Shown here one piece after another: positions 24,977-38,980 of a stretch of DNA of 64,000 bases. Made by a program: the position numbers and the translations under genes. A model generated the notes under the pieces. That model was not told where the DNA came from. It saw only the letters and a program-made list of their open reading frames with translations, and did not search any database. The first letter of the stretch is position 1. Each line of letters begins with the position of its first letter. Source of the stretch: Octopus vulgaris (lineage: Eukaryota); contig OX597825.1 of NCBI GenBank assembly GCA_951406725.2, positions 1,364,001 through 1,428,000 of the forward strand, in the 5' to 3' direction.

Positions 24977-25351
24977 GAAAGTTGTTAAATAGGTTAGGCT
25001 AAAAGACCCAGGAAGGAAGATGAGGTCAGGATTGACAATAATGACACAGAATCAATAGAAACGGAGATAGACTATTATTTCAAAGCCAACCGAATCGAGC
25101 TGCCGAGAAAATTAGGCAGTAAAATGATGATAAGGAGGATGAAATGTGATGTTGTTGTTGTTACTGTTGTTGTTGTTGTGTAGCTCCAAATTAACCCCTA
25201 ACTCTGTTGGTCTGTGATCAAAGGCATTACAACAGCCATGACCCTGTAATCTTCGATGCAATTTCTTTTTGCAGGGCATTCTCTATCTAGGACTACAAAA
25301 CGCAATGTAACCTGATTTCTGAAGGATAGTTTCTTGCTACACCTAGTAGAA

Positions 25352-25352
<1 letters not shown>

Positions 25353-25405
<53 letters not shown>

Positions 25406-25494
25406 AGAAGTTAAACTAAGTAATCAGATCTATTGATCAGTCCTTTATATACATGTAGTCTAATGATTAGACTTGCTGACAGTTTTGATATTGA

Positions 25495-25543
<49 letters not shown>

Positions 25544-25563
25544 TAGTAGTTAGTAGTAGTAGA
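25353..25563. repeat. (GAT)n at 25353-25405 and (TAG)n at 25497-25563 microsatellites
   Basis: Direct reading. Confidence 0.95.
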
Positions 25564-26239
25564 ATTCGCTCGTGTTCTTTAGTTTGGTTTTGCCATCATA
25601 CTTAGTGCCATGTTGAAAGAGAATCTTTAGCTGAGCAGATCTGTGATGAACAGTGTTCCAACCATGACCATCTCATTCTCTTTCTCAAGCATAGTGTGTA
25701 AAGATATACATGTCCTTCCTTTTGTACAATAGCAGAGTGTAATTTGTGGAAAATTTGGTTATTATTTCTAGCAGGTTGAATCACTGTACAAAGGCACTCA
25801 CACTGGCTCATTAAAATAAAATATTATTGAGCAAGTATGAAGATCTGAAATTATAAGATGATGGCTCCTCAGCTGGAACTGGTAATCAGCTTGTATTGAT
25901 CAAAATATGAAAGTTGCCACAAATAAATTATTGATGGAATATATTGTCTGTTGATTACTTTTCCCATTACTCTGAGATGAGGCTATTTTTAAACTGTGAA
26001 AGAAGAAACTAATTGAGTGAGTAACTTTTAGATTTTACCTGGAGGCAGAGAAGGAGACAGGGATGAGATGAAAGTGGGGCAAATAAGGATGGATGAGAGT
26101 GTGTGTGTGTGGGGGGGTAGAGTGATAGCTTGGTAGACAGATAAGTAGAGAAAAAAAGGAGAGAGAGAGGACAGAGAGAGAAAAAGAGAGAGATGTAAAA
26201 ATAGTATGACAAATACATAATCGGAATGAAAAGGAGGAA

Positions 26240-26291
<52 letters not shown>

Positions 26292-26982
26292 GATGGAAAA
26301 GAATAAACAAAGAGAGGCAGAGGGATAAAAAGGATTGTGCAAGACCTAAGTCTGAATTAACATTTAAGATTCTGTCTTGAAATTAATAATCACCCAATAA
26401 TCAAATCTTGTCTTTCTTCCAGTATTATTCAAAGAAAAGCAAAAATAGATATTAACAGAACTATATTGGACAGCAATGACAGACAGATATAGTAAGAATC
26501 AGATTATCTTTGGATCCAATCCTCAAAAATAATGTTGATTTAATGGTTGAGAAATATTCGATGTTCCTTTTCCCAGTAAGCTAAATTTCCTTCCTGTATA
26601 AACTTTACAAAAAATCCCCAATATACGCAGGAGTTTGCTGAGGTAATTTGTGTTTCATTCTGCAACTGAAATTAATATTATTCTATATTAAGAAAACACA
26701 TTGCAAATTCCATATTAGCTCAATGGAATACAGAAAATGGACTTGAAAAGATAATTAAGGAGGAACAGGATATCTTGTGTGGCATTAAGTGAGATGAAAA
26801 TTCATGATAAATGTGAAAGCTATCATTTACATTAAAATAGGGAGTTTATCCATAATTGCAATATCAAAGTAGACTAAATTACCATATATATATATATATA
26901 TGTACAAATGTTCATATGTATGTGTGTGTGAGTATGTAAATTTAGGCTGTTTAGATATTCCAGTTACACACAAGCATTTATA

Positions 26983-27015
<33 letters not shown>

Positions 27016-28794
27016 ATGTATGTATACACACACATACATAGACACAGGCACGGTTGTGTGGATATGGAGTTCACTTTGTCACCCTTCGGTTTCAAGTTCT
27101 GTCCCACTGTGTGGCACACTGGCAAAGTAGCTTCTCCTACAGTCTTGAGTTGACCTTTTGAGTGAAACAGAAGAACACCATACTTGTTTGTGTGTTGTGT
27201 GTAATACATTACTTAGAGATTATCTAATATATATTATATACAGTAGTAGCCTTGGGTAGATTTTCTACCTGGCCAGCTCCTGTCCACCGTCCTACCCATG
27301 CATATATGGAAGATGGATGTTAAACGATGATGAGGATAAATGTTATATATATATACATGATATAATGTGTCTGTGTTTACACATTTGTATATTTGAGTGA
27401 ATGCTTACATTCTGCTCTTTGCATGAAAGCTTTGAGTTAAAGACTGGTTGTGTTTTATTGATATTCTTCATCAACAAATTCAACCTCTAGCTTTGTGCTT
27501 TAAAACTTTAAAACAAGTTGAACAAAGTATCCCTAAAATGTAAAACAGCCAAGGGCTATTGACAGGGAGGGTATCTGTCCATATATTATACTTATTTGTT
27601 CAATGCATGGTAGCATGAGGGAAAAAAGCATACATGAAACAAGTGAAAGTGTGTGTGTGTGTGTGAGTGTATATATACACATACAAACACATACACACCC
27701 ACATATGCATATAAAATGTGTATACGCATAATGGACTATGCCTAGATTTTTACATAACATCCAGTTGTTTGATCAAATGTGCAAACTTATTCACTGAGTT
27801 AGCATGTGAAGTGGCTGAGTATTCCGCAGACATACGTACCTTTAACTTAATTCAGAGTAACAGTGTGACAAAGCTGGATGCTGTCTAGATGGCACTTGCC
27901 CAAGTGCCACACAGTGTTCTTTTGGGCTACCAGCTTCTACCGTAACCTCAAGTTCCCTTGTGATTGCAATGCTAACCTCTTAATCATCAATCTAGATACA
28001 ACCACTATGAAGCTATAGATGTTTTACTTCCTCTCCATTGGCAACAAATTTAACATATTGCCCTATAAGTGGTAACAATAAAGACCAACACAGAAGAAGG
28101 AAACTCTTTGGTGCCGATCGTACAAGTGGAAGGTATTCTATAACTCAATTCCAGGTTACCATTTCCTTGCTGGGGTCAATAAGGTAAGTACCGGTTGAGC
28201 ACTGGGGTCAATGGAATTGTCTTACTCCTTTCCCTGAGATTACTGGCCCTATGCCAAAATTTGAAATCAGTTCAATTCTATGGTAGAAAACATGTGCCCA
28301 TAGTGCTGTACCATGTGATTGAACCCAGAATCTTGTGATTGTAAATGGACTCCCTAACCACTCAGTCATGCTTGCACCCATATTGGTTGCTTAAAAAGAT
28401 TTTATGAAACTGTATTATATTCGAGAAAGAAAACACTATCAGTCAGTCTTAGCCTAAAGTTTAAAAAGCAAAAACAAAACAGAAATTATACCATTATAAA
28501 TCATTAGAAGCAATTAGGTTAGTTTCTTTAAGTAAACTGCATTTTTTTACCAAATAAGATGTGTCAAAAGTTTGCAAATAACACCTGAGGCTAATAACAA
28601 GATAAACAAACTATATAAATATATCCTTAAAAAAAAAGGGGAAAATCGCTAAATATTGATGCCATTAGAAAAGTTTTCTGGAGCATAATGTGGTTTTATA
28701 GATTGTTTTGAAATTTTGTTTTTTTGCATCATTATTTTGTTTTCAATATAGTTAATGAGGTTCTAATATATTCTGACCTCTGCGTTATCTTTTA

Positions 28795-29135
28795 GCATGG
28801 CTGTGCGGTTAGAAAGCTGACTTCTCAATCACATGGTTTAGTTTCAGGTTCAGTCCCACTGAATGGCACCTTAGGTATAGCCCTGTGAGTGGATCTGGTA
28901 GGGAAACTGAAAGAAACCCATTGTGCAGGCGTGTGTGTGTGTTAATAGATAGATAGAAGTGTGTGTGTGCTTGTTCCCTCGTCCTGACACTGTGTGGTAG
29001 TTGTGTGCGTCATATAGGGAGTGTCACTCATTTCCAATATTCTGCCTAAGTCTACCTGGCTGTGGAAAATTTGCTTCAATAAACTCTGTCCAATCCTTGC
29101 AAGCATGGAAAAGTTGGCATCAAGACAATATGATG
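28795..29135 (+). mobile_element. SINE with family A head and alternative (A2) tail
   Basis: Family A head, (GT)n, then TTTCCAAT...AAGCATGGAAAAG tail. The same structure occurs at 58745-59190+, 31255-31690- and 19320-19770+. Confidence 0.75.
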
Positions 29136-30916
29136 ATTACTTTACAGATGATATTGAATTAGCAGAGTTATGAGAGTGCTTTGTGGTATTTGCTTTGATT
29201 CTCTGTATTCTGAGTTCAAATCCAACTGAGATCAACTTTATCATTCATTCTTTTAGGGTTGATAAATAAAGTAAAAAACAAGGACGGAGGATTGGTAGGA
29301 TTGTTTACAGGTCGGACAAGTTGCCTTATACGTTTCCACCGTTTGTGTTTTAACGTCACTGCTGACAACACCACTAGTTTCAAGCTGTATCAACCCTGGT
29401 CTTTCCTTAGAACAACAGCAGTGATTTGGTGACGGGAGACTTGAATGAACGAACAATTGTTGCCCCTGCATAAAAGCCTTGAATGGGCCTGCAGCCTGGA
29501 AAGGAAGTTACCATTAGCATTATATAAGGAAGTCATTGCTCTGAAATGATTTGATTCAGAGATGCATCATCGTTTAACATCCGCTTTCCATGCTACCATG
29601 GGTTGGACGGTACGACCGGGGTCTGGGAAGCCAGGAGGCTGCACCAGGCTCCAGTCTGATCTGGCAGTGTTTCTACAGCTGGATGCCCTTCCTAACTCCA
29701 ACCACTCCGTGAGTGTAGTGGGTTATATATATATGCATGTGTGTTTGTGTGTCTGTATTTGTTCCCCCAACATCGCTTGACAACCGATGTTGGAATGTTT
29801 ACATACCCATAACTTAGATGCATCACAGAAATCATTGGTTTGCATCTCATCATAAGAATATGTGATGTTGTTAATTAGAGTAATAAGCTATCAAATGATC
29901 AATTCAAGGTAAGCTAACTTTGGATGGCACCATGTAAATAGTGGTAGTGATCAGATTTGGTGGCTTCATGTACTAAGTTCAATTTGTTTGATTAGAAAAG
30001 TTCTCTGTAAATGACTTTTGTTCTAGCCATGGAAAAAAAAGCATGTCTCTCCTGCTTAATATAAAAGAACTTAAAGAGGGGAAAATGTGCCTCGCTTCTT
30101 TGATATTTGGAATAAACAAAATTTTTCTTTAGACTTTGTTGTGTATTAAACAATCAGTACTGGATATTAATATTAAAATCCATCATAAATTAGATTATGT
30201 TTTTAAGAAATAGATTAAATGATAGCAATAACAAAAACAAACAAACAAACAAAAAATAACAACAACAAACAATCCCCCCCCCCCCCGCCCAATGCATTAA
30301 TACACAATATCTAAGCGAAGTAGAATTTCAAAGCTCTCTAGAGCTGTGGATGTTTGGAAACTGGAATAAATTTCTACAAGATCTGACTTGAGTGGAATGA
30401 ACTGAGCATAATTTGGAGATCACTCCATGTTAATCAACTGGATTGATTAAGAGTTTACGAGAGGCTGAGAGATTTGTCATTGCAATTTTATATATCTTCT
30501 ACAATATGCAGTTCTTTGTGGCTTAAATCTCTTAATGCTTTTTGTAAAAGTCAGTAATCAATTAAATTACAACTGATCACCTTTCAATAAATGTAAACAC
30601 AAATAAATATAAAAATTATACTCAAAATATCATTGTTATTTTCATAAAAATCAATTAGTCAATAAATTTATGGAATATCAATAATGGAAATAAGTCTTCC
30701 TATTCATGATTTATAGAAAACATCTATCACTAACTAAAATCTATTTTATACAACCATTTGCTGTTCTTTATAATGATATACAAAATGTATTACTTAATAA
30801 AACAAAACGCATCTGGTATACAATTTGAAAGAGTGCATGTTGCTTCTACTTATCCCTTTTGTACAGTAGGATGCAATTTACTATCCAGCTGTTGTGACTA
30901 TCCATGTTTTACATCA

Positions 30917-31222
30917 TTAGGGCTGGAGAGAAGGGGTCTGTCACAGAGTGTGTTTCAAAAACGATGGACACGTGAAAGACCCTGCGTGAGCATGTCATAA
31001 TGGAAAAGCAAGGTGTCGGTTAAAAGGGCAGGGCTCGTGGGGTCGGAGCAAACCTGTCTACTTTTAACCTCATATTGTCCTCATTGTTTGTTAATGTCTT
31101 TTGTGCCCCATTCGATGTTATCATGTTTTTAAATTTTTAACCAACTCATCTGTTATATGTGACCCCCAGATCATATTGCACAGTCCCCTCTATGTATGTC
31201 TGTATGGATAATAAAAAAATGT
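30917..31222 (+). mobile_element. ~306-bp insertion flanked by an 18-bp direct repeat (probable target-site duplication)
   Basis: TATCCATGTTTTACATCA occurs at 30899-30916 and 31223-31240; the insert ends in ATAATAAAAAAATGT. Confidence 0.7.
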
Positions 31223-31254
31223 TATCCATGTTTTACATCAACACCTTTATCAGT

Positions 31255-31690
31255 TTAATGCCCACTTTTCCATGCTTGCATGGGTCACAGAGAGTCTATT
31301 GAGGCAGACTTTCTCTAGCTGGATGCCCTTACTGTCACCAACCTCTACTTGTTTCCAAGCAAGGTAATATTCCTCTATGGCCAGATCACTTTATGCAGAA
31401 TGTTGTAACAGAATGACATTCATTTACAATGAACACATGATGTCAATACAAGGAGACACACACATGCATACACACACGTACACACACACACACATGCACA
31501 CACACTTATACATGCACATATATGATGGGGTTCTTTCAGTTCCTGTCTTCCAAATCAATGCACAAGGCTTTGATCAGTCTGGACCTGTAGTAGAACAGAA
31601 GACACTTGCTCATGGTACTGCAGAGTGGGACTGAACCTGAAACCATGTACTTGGGAAGTAAACTTCTTAGCCTTATAGACATGCCTGTAC
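31255..31690 (-). mobile_element. SINE with family A head and A2 tail
   Basis: CTTTTCCATGCTTGCATGGG...GTTTCCAAGCAAGGTAA, (CA)n, then AGTGGGACTGAACC. Confidence 0.8.
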
Positions 31691-31830
31691 CACAAAAAAA
31701 AAAAAAAACTTCTTTAATGAAAACTGCTGAAAGTATTTACATGATAATGACTGAAGATTTGCATTTTTGATAAGCAAAAAGAAACAGAATTCTAATTGGA
31801 ATTATAAAGAAATATTCTGGCCCTTTTTAA

Positions 31831-32080
31831 CCCTTTCAGTGCCGAGCTTAACAAATTCTGGTTCTATGACAAAAAAAAATATATATTTTACAAAGTTCAT
31901 ATCAAAATTAAGGCTTTCCATCGTAATTGTGCATAAAACCTTTTGTTATGTTCCAAATGCCAGTTTAATAATGAAAAGCTTTTTTTTGTATGCAAATAAC
32001 TTGAAAATGTTTGATTATTTTCTAAGATTAATTGAAATGCATAGAGAGTATACTTCATTATAAATAAGTTCACAAAGAGG
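31831..32080. mobile_element. piggyBac-like MITE, degenerate
   Basis: TTAA-CCCTTT...AAAGAGG-TTAA termini; interior related to 56479-56848. Confidence 0.5.
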
Positions 32081-34539
32081 TTAATTTGTTGTATTGTATT
32101 CTTAATAGGAAATAACAAATGAAGAATGAAGGCAATTCATTTCTGGAAGAAATCCTTATGGAAGCAAATAAACTTAGAATGCTTGATTTAGTTTCTTGGT
32201 GGTCTGGTGTCATTTGGAAATATGCTTGATTATATAAATGTGAAATATGGGCAGAAAGAGAATCTTAATTTTATGTGTCATAGAAAATCACCAACATATA
32301 ACAAAGAGAACATATTTAGTGGTTATCTGGATTCACAAAATTATCAAAAATAGCTATTGATTAAGAATAAATCAGAGACAGTTCAGAAATAGAATTTGAG
32401 AGATAAAGGGAAAACGAAAGTCAGTGAGAATGAAAGAGAAAGAGATAGCTTAACCAAGTTTATAATTAATTGCTATTGTTTAGGCCTACATCAGTCTTGA
32501 TCAAGCAAACTTATGATCCAAAGTTTTCTAGTTAGTGACCACTACTTCTTATAATTTACCCTGGACTGCATTATACAGTTGGTCATTACATTTTTTTAGG
32601 ATGCAAAGATATGATCTGAAGTTCGAGTGATCTCCAAGTGGTTGTCTCACAAGTTTGTGGATTTTAAAATATTTTACTATTTTCCTTAGTACTAAAGTGT
32701 TTATGCAATAAAATGTTGTACAGTTTTTTACACTTCTACAATATGAAAAAACAAACTGTGCAGATAGAAATAGTAATGGATTCAGCCTTTTGGTTCTGAG
32801 TTAACAAGGGAACCCCTATGTGGTTGTTTAGCCTCCTTGAAATATTAGTAAGATCGCATTCTACCATCTTTAAAAATGAAAGAATACATTGGATAACTTA
32901 GTTTTAATACTTTTGGTCTCAAACAAGAAAGCTGGAAAACCCTTTTAATCATAGATTTTCTTATCAAAGCTGACCCCTAATACAGCAACAGCAATCTATA
33001 TAAATAGCAGCTAAAACTCCCTCAAATCATGCCCTGTCATTTTAAGGACACTTTAAATGCTGTATTTCTTTTTTTTCTAAAAAAAGATAAAATTACCATG
33101 GCTGGAATGCTTCTTGACCATAGGTCAGCTGAATCAGAATTGATTTAGGGCCCAACATTGTTATCACCCATTTGAGGGAGTCGTTATTTGGTTGCTACAC
33201 CAGCTAGAAATAGCAGTGAAGTTCACTTAGCTCCCACCTTGCTGCTTTGAGACAAGAAGGTAAAAAATATACAATATGTTGTCTTGCACATACAAAATAT
33301 GGGATGGTCAAGGCTGGAACATTTTTGAGTAAGAATCTTCTCAATTAGGACTGACCACCACCAAACATAACTACTTTGATTTCAAAACAATATTTCATTA
33401 TCGAAAAAAATGAAGGCAGACTGACATACATTCACCATCACCCGACAACTTCTAGTCCGTGGATGCAGAAGTGCTATGACTCTTTGCTTTGTCTCTTTTT
33501 CCTCAGAGCTGGACAGTTGCATGCTCTCTTCCTAAGGCACTCCCAAATCATTTGTCTCTTCTTCTTTCATTGCCCATATTGCACCCATCTTCCAGGCTCC
33601 ATATAAACTATGTAGTCCAGGGCTTCATCTCCCAAAATGTTATCCCTCTAGAGTTGCTTCTCTTCACATTTTCCCCCTACAGCCACAGGCTTGCAGCTGT
33701 TCAAGTAGAATGTTAACTGCATTGATCTAACTGGTCCCAGAGGTCCTATGAAGGTCTTGGGCACAGCCCTTCTTCTAATCCAAACCAATAAAGTAAAAAA
33801 AAAGAGATAAATGTTTTTAAAAAATGCATTTTCAATAAATGTAATTAAGCTTAAATCTGATGGCTTAGATTTCTGGTTTCTGAGCACGACATTGACTATT
33901 TCATAAAATAGTATACATTTAAATTACCAAATATAGCACTAAGTTCAAAGAACCAAGGAATAAAGTGAAGACTCATGAGAAGTAGTGATTGTGTTCTGAT
34001 ATCAAACAGATCTATTATATAGCAATCATTGAATATTTCAAAGAATCATCTTTGATGACATCAAAGAACTCATCTACTAAATGTATGCAGTGTAAAGTAT
34101 GAGAGATATTTTGGTGAAGTGTGGGTGATAAAGGTAAGAATAATTGTGAGGAATCAACAGGAAAGAAATGAGATTGATCTACTATAAATATTTAATGAAT
34201 CTGTGAAGGATGAAGAAAGTTTGTGAACCAGAGGAATCAAAGACACAGAATTGTTGAGAGATGGTAAATATAGAAATTAACATATTGAATAATATTGAGT
34301 AATGAGAAACCAAACTTTAGCTGAAAGGAAATTGTAAACTAGAAAAAGTAGGGGCAACCAAGCAAAATACAGAAAAAAGACCCACAGAATTCATTAGCTG
34401 CAACATTCTAAGATTCAACTAACAACAAGAGCAATAATTTAAATCACAGAAATAAGAACTTAACCAAAGTAAAAAAGTATATTTGGATTTAAAGGCAGAA
34501 AGATAGTTTTTCATCATCAGTTTTTAAAAATTTTTATTT

Positions 34540-34870
34540 GAATTGGTAGAATTGATGAAATGATTGGGAAAATGCCTTAAAATATTTGTTCCGGCTCTTT
34601 ACATTCTGAGTTCAAATCCCACTGAGGTCAACTTCATTTTTCATCCTGCTAAGGCCAATAAAATAAAGTACCAGTAAAATACTGGGGGCCAATGTTATCA
34701 ACTAACATCCTCCTCTTGTGCACTTCACATTCTGAGTTAAATTCCACCAAAGTCGATTCTACCTTTCATCTCTTTGAGTCTGATAATGTATCAGACCAGT
34801 ACTAGGTTTCATGATATCGGCTAATTTCCTTCCCTCAAAATTGCTGGCTTTGTGCCAAAATTAGAAACCA
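34540..34870 (+). mobile_element. Two adjacent SINE family B units
   Basis: ACATTCTGAGTT(C/A)AAT...TTTCATC occurs twice (~34600 and ~34727). Confidence 0.75.
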
Positions 34871-34914
34871 TTATGTTATTATTATTATTATTAGGTTTCC
34901 ACAACTTCACTCCA

Positions 34915-35045
34915 GTGTAAGTGGAGGGAAGTTGTGGAAGAGGGAGACCCAGGAAGACATGGGATGAAGCATTAAAGGCCAATCTCAAAATACTGAGCCT
35001 TACAAAGATGACAAGGGACCAAGATACAGTGTTGTACTCAAGAAG
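34915..35045 (+). pseudogene. RTE LINE ORF C-terminal fragment
   Basis: Translation from 34921 gives VEGSCGRGRPRKTWDEALKANLK, the typical RTE C-terminal GRGRPRKTW motif. Confidence 0.85.
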
Positions 35046-35089
35046 ACCCACCCACCCACCACAACAGAATTGAGATCCTAAGACTAGGA

Positions 35090-35322
35090 GCCACGTAAAA
35101 AGCATTGGTGTGAGTACTGGTTCTGAGCAAAAAGTACCCAGTACACTTTGTAAATTGGTTGGTGATGTTTAGGAAGGGCATACACCCATAGAAACCAAGC
35201 CAAAACAGACTATAGAACCTGATGCAGCCCATGGCCTTGCCAGTTCCTGTCAAGCCAACCAACCCATGCTAGCATGGAAAACAGATGTTAGATGTTGATG
35301 TTGATGATGATGATGATGATGA
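35090..35322 (+). mobile_element. SINE family C with (GAT)n tail
   Basis: AGGAAGGGCATAC...AACCCATGCTAGCATGGAAA...GATGATGAT. Confidence 0.8.
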
Positions 35323-35849
35323 TTATTATTATTGGATTTACTTACACACTGATTTTAACCCTAGTTTAATGCAAAAGGTCATGTTGGTAATACAAATCTT
35401 TAAAAATGAGTTATGCTGATATTACAAATCTTTCCAAAATTGGTTTATTGATCAATGTTGAAATATCAATAAATAGAGTGATGTTCATTACCAAATTAAC
35501 AAACCACAAATTTTCTAGTATGGAACATCGGTGAAAGATTTGTTATTGAAAACATCTTGTCAATATGGCACCTATAGAGCTATTTCTCAAGTGTTCAAAA
35601 TCTGGGTGTTAATTTAGATACTTACATGACTTTTAACCAACATAACAGTCACTTAAATCAATCACTCATACGTCACTAAGGAGCAGATCAATATTCACAA
35701 TAACCAATAACCATCATCTCTTCACAGAAACCATCATTATTGCAGTTCATCTACTTTCTCTTTTATTTGTGAAACTGAACTCTTTCAAATTCTATTCGAC
35801 ATGTTCTGGCTAATATTTCTTTACTCAAAAGAAAAAAAAAGGAAAATCA

Positions 35850-36119
35850 GCAGGCATGATCCTGTGTTAAAAAGCTTGCTTCCTAACCACACGGTTCTGT
35901 GTTCAGTTCCATTGCATAGCACCTTGGGCAAGTGTCTTCTACTATAGCCTCAGGCCAACCAAAGCCTTGAGAGTGGATTTGGTAGATGGAAACTGAAAGA
36001 AGTCCATTGTGTGTATACATATATATATATATATATATATTATTATTATTATATTATATTATATATTTATCATTCATTTTATACTTTTTGAGATCTAGTT
36101 ATAAGTTATATATTAAAAA

Positions 36120-36171
<52 letters not shown>

Positions 36172-36326
36172 TATTTGTTATTTATGTATTGGTTTATGTC
36201 TATTACTGTTTGAGTTGCATAATAGTGGTTTTAATTCTAATTCATATTTTATATATTTATACTGTGAAATTTGATTTAATACTAAATTGAATTTTTCCCT
36301 GTAAGTTTGGAGTTATACTCCCTAAT

Positions 36327-36379
<53 letters not shown>

Positions 36380-36615
36380 GTGTGTGCATTTGTGTCTGTG
36401 TTTGTCACCAAACCACTGCTTGACAAATGGTGTGGGTGTGTTTATGTCTCCATAACTTGGTGGTTCGGCAAATGAGATTGACAGAATAAAAGTACCAGGC
36501 TTAAAAAAAAAAACAAAAGTGCTGGGATCGATTCATTTGACTAGAAATTCTTCAAGACAGTGCTCCAGCATGGCCACAATCTGTTGACTGAACCAAAGGA
36601 AAGGTAAAAAGATTA
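35850..36615 (+). mobile_element. SINE family A split by an AT-rich insertion in its internal microsatellite
   Basis: Head at 35850-36010 and tail at 36378-36615; the intervening DNA includes a match to the 21532-21600 element end. Confidence 0.85.
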
Positions 36616-37463
36616 TTCAAATTTCCCATAAATGAAAAACAGAAACGATTTAACAAGAGAAGATCCTTTGTGATCTTTTGAGTAACTAGAAATAACAGTC
36701 AAATCCCGCTTAAATCAAAGTGGTTACAGTGGACAATGTAATCCAATATGCCTGAAAAGAAACAGACTGAACATGACTGAAATACCACTGTCCACAGGGC
36801 TAATTAAGTGGGTCTAATTAGGGTTGAAACAACCATTTTCTATTTATAATTTCATATTCAGCAGTTGTGTCTTTATGTCTTCTTAACTAGGTATGGAGAG
36901 ATTGCAAGGAACTCCAATGTTAGGCTAAACTTAGGGAAACATGCAGAACTTAATCTGGCCCTGCATAATTGGTTAAAAGAGCAGACCATTCTTGATCACA
37001 AAATGTCTTTCCCATATTCTTATTTTAAAGATGGCCTTTCTTAATGGTAAAATCGGAGGAAGAACGTCTGCCATGACATTTTTTTGCAGAGTCTGCAAGA
37101 ATGGCAAGCAAAAGGAGTGATGACACCATGACACGTGATAGGAGGAAGGAAAGTTTGTATCCTATAATCAGAGACCTGCTATATATCATAGATTCCTAGT
37201 CTATTCAGCAGTTTTGACTCAGCTTATGTCTATCAAATTCACTCATAAGGCTGGTCGAGTAGATAGAAGACAATTGATCAAGGTACCTTTGAGGCTTGAC
37301 AATGAATAACAGAAGAACTGGAAGAAGAATTAGGTGTCACTGTCAAGAATTCAGCACAGGTCAATACAAACAACAACAAACTTTCACCAAGTCAAAACTT
37401 ACAATGGGAAATTCTACTTATAACACATCTCATACAAAAATAAAATTTGTTGTTATATTTGTT

Positions 37464-37505
<42 letters not shown>

Positions 37506-38599
37506 ACACACACACAGCAATATTTCAACATTAATATTTCATGGCAAGTTTCATATTTTCATGTATCAGGTTAAAAATGTAGATTTGTAAGATAGTATTC
37601 CATTTATATGCTTTTTGATGCATTGAATTGATATGTACACCTACATACACACACACACACACAACACATACAACAAACACAAACACATGCAACAAACACG
37701 TGTGCAAAAACAAATACACACACACACATACCTAAATGTGTTTATATCATCACACATGCTCTCACACACACAAATGCAAGCATGCATACACACCCATAAA
37801 TCCAGAGTTTTCAGAAAATGTCAAAATCTATCAGGATTTGAAATATTTAGTATTTTTTAAGTTGGCACTCAATAACTAAAACATTTTTGTTGCTTAAGAG
37901 AACCAAATTATACCAATGTTATATGAATCGTTTTTATATTCTGATTGTAGCAGTTCTTATTTGATATGACACTTAACATAGCAAATCTTTTTTCACAGTT
38001 CAGTAAACACAATGAACTAAGATTTATGTATTTGTAAAGTTTTTGCCAAGCTGAAAACAACTTGGTTTTATATTTAAACTTCTAAAAGAAATTCTATAGT
38101 GCTTCTAGACATTAGATTGTCAATTCAATGAATTCTACAATAAAAAACACTTTGGTATTTTATACATTGAATATATATGTATATATAAGAATGATGCTAG
38201 AAACTACATGCCAAAAAGTAAAGTGATCGCAAAAAACTAAAATCATTTTCAGTCTGTATAATATTCGAAAGTATTCTTTACTTCCTTATATGGCCTTTAT
38301 TTCATGCACTAAAGAAAAGAAGTAAGTTTGATTGATAGAAAAGATTTCTATTGATCAAAAAGCAACATAAAATCTGTTGTTGATAAGAGGAGAAATAAAA
38401 CTGTTATAAAAACTTATCTAATTGAAAGGTTTTGTGTGCAGGAGTCATCTTTAATTTCCTCTAAAGGTGTTAATTGCATAAATAGCGTTAGAAGGGTAAG
38501 TCTTGTCGTTTATATCCTTGACCTGGTCCTACTCATTTGTAAAACAAAAAAAGTTTTCCTAAATATGTCCAATATAAGCCTTTATGATTTTTTCTTTAG

Positions 38600-38980
38600 G
38601 TGTAGCTGGGTGGTTAAGAAGCTTGCTTCCCAACTCTACGGCCTTGGATCTAATCCCACTGCACAGCACCTAGGGCAAATGTCTTCTAGAGTTCCAGGCC
38701 AATCAAAGCCATAGACAGAAATTGAAAGAAGGGTGTTTGATTTGTGTGCATATGTGTGTGTTTGTATGTATGTGTGAGTGAAAGAGAGAGAGTGTGTGGG
38801 TGTATGTATGTGTGTGTGTGTGTGCTAGAGTGTGTCTTTGTGTTTGCCCCACCCCCATCAGTGCCAGCATGGCTTGTTTATGTCCCTGTAACTTAGCAGT
38901 TTGGCAAAAATGACTGATAGAATGAATACTAGGGTTGATTTGCTGCAGTCCAATGACTGAAACAAGTAAAAGATAAAGAT
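38600..38980 (+). mobile_element. SINE family A, degenerate
   Basis: GGTTAAGAAGCTTGCTTCCC head; AATGACTGAAACAAGTAAAAGA tail. Confidence 0.85.
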
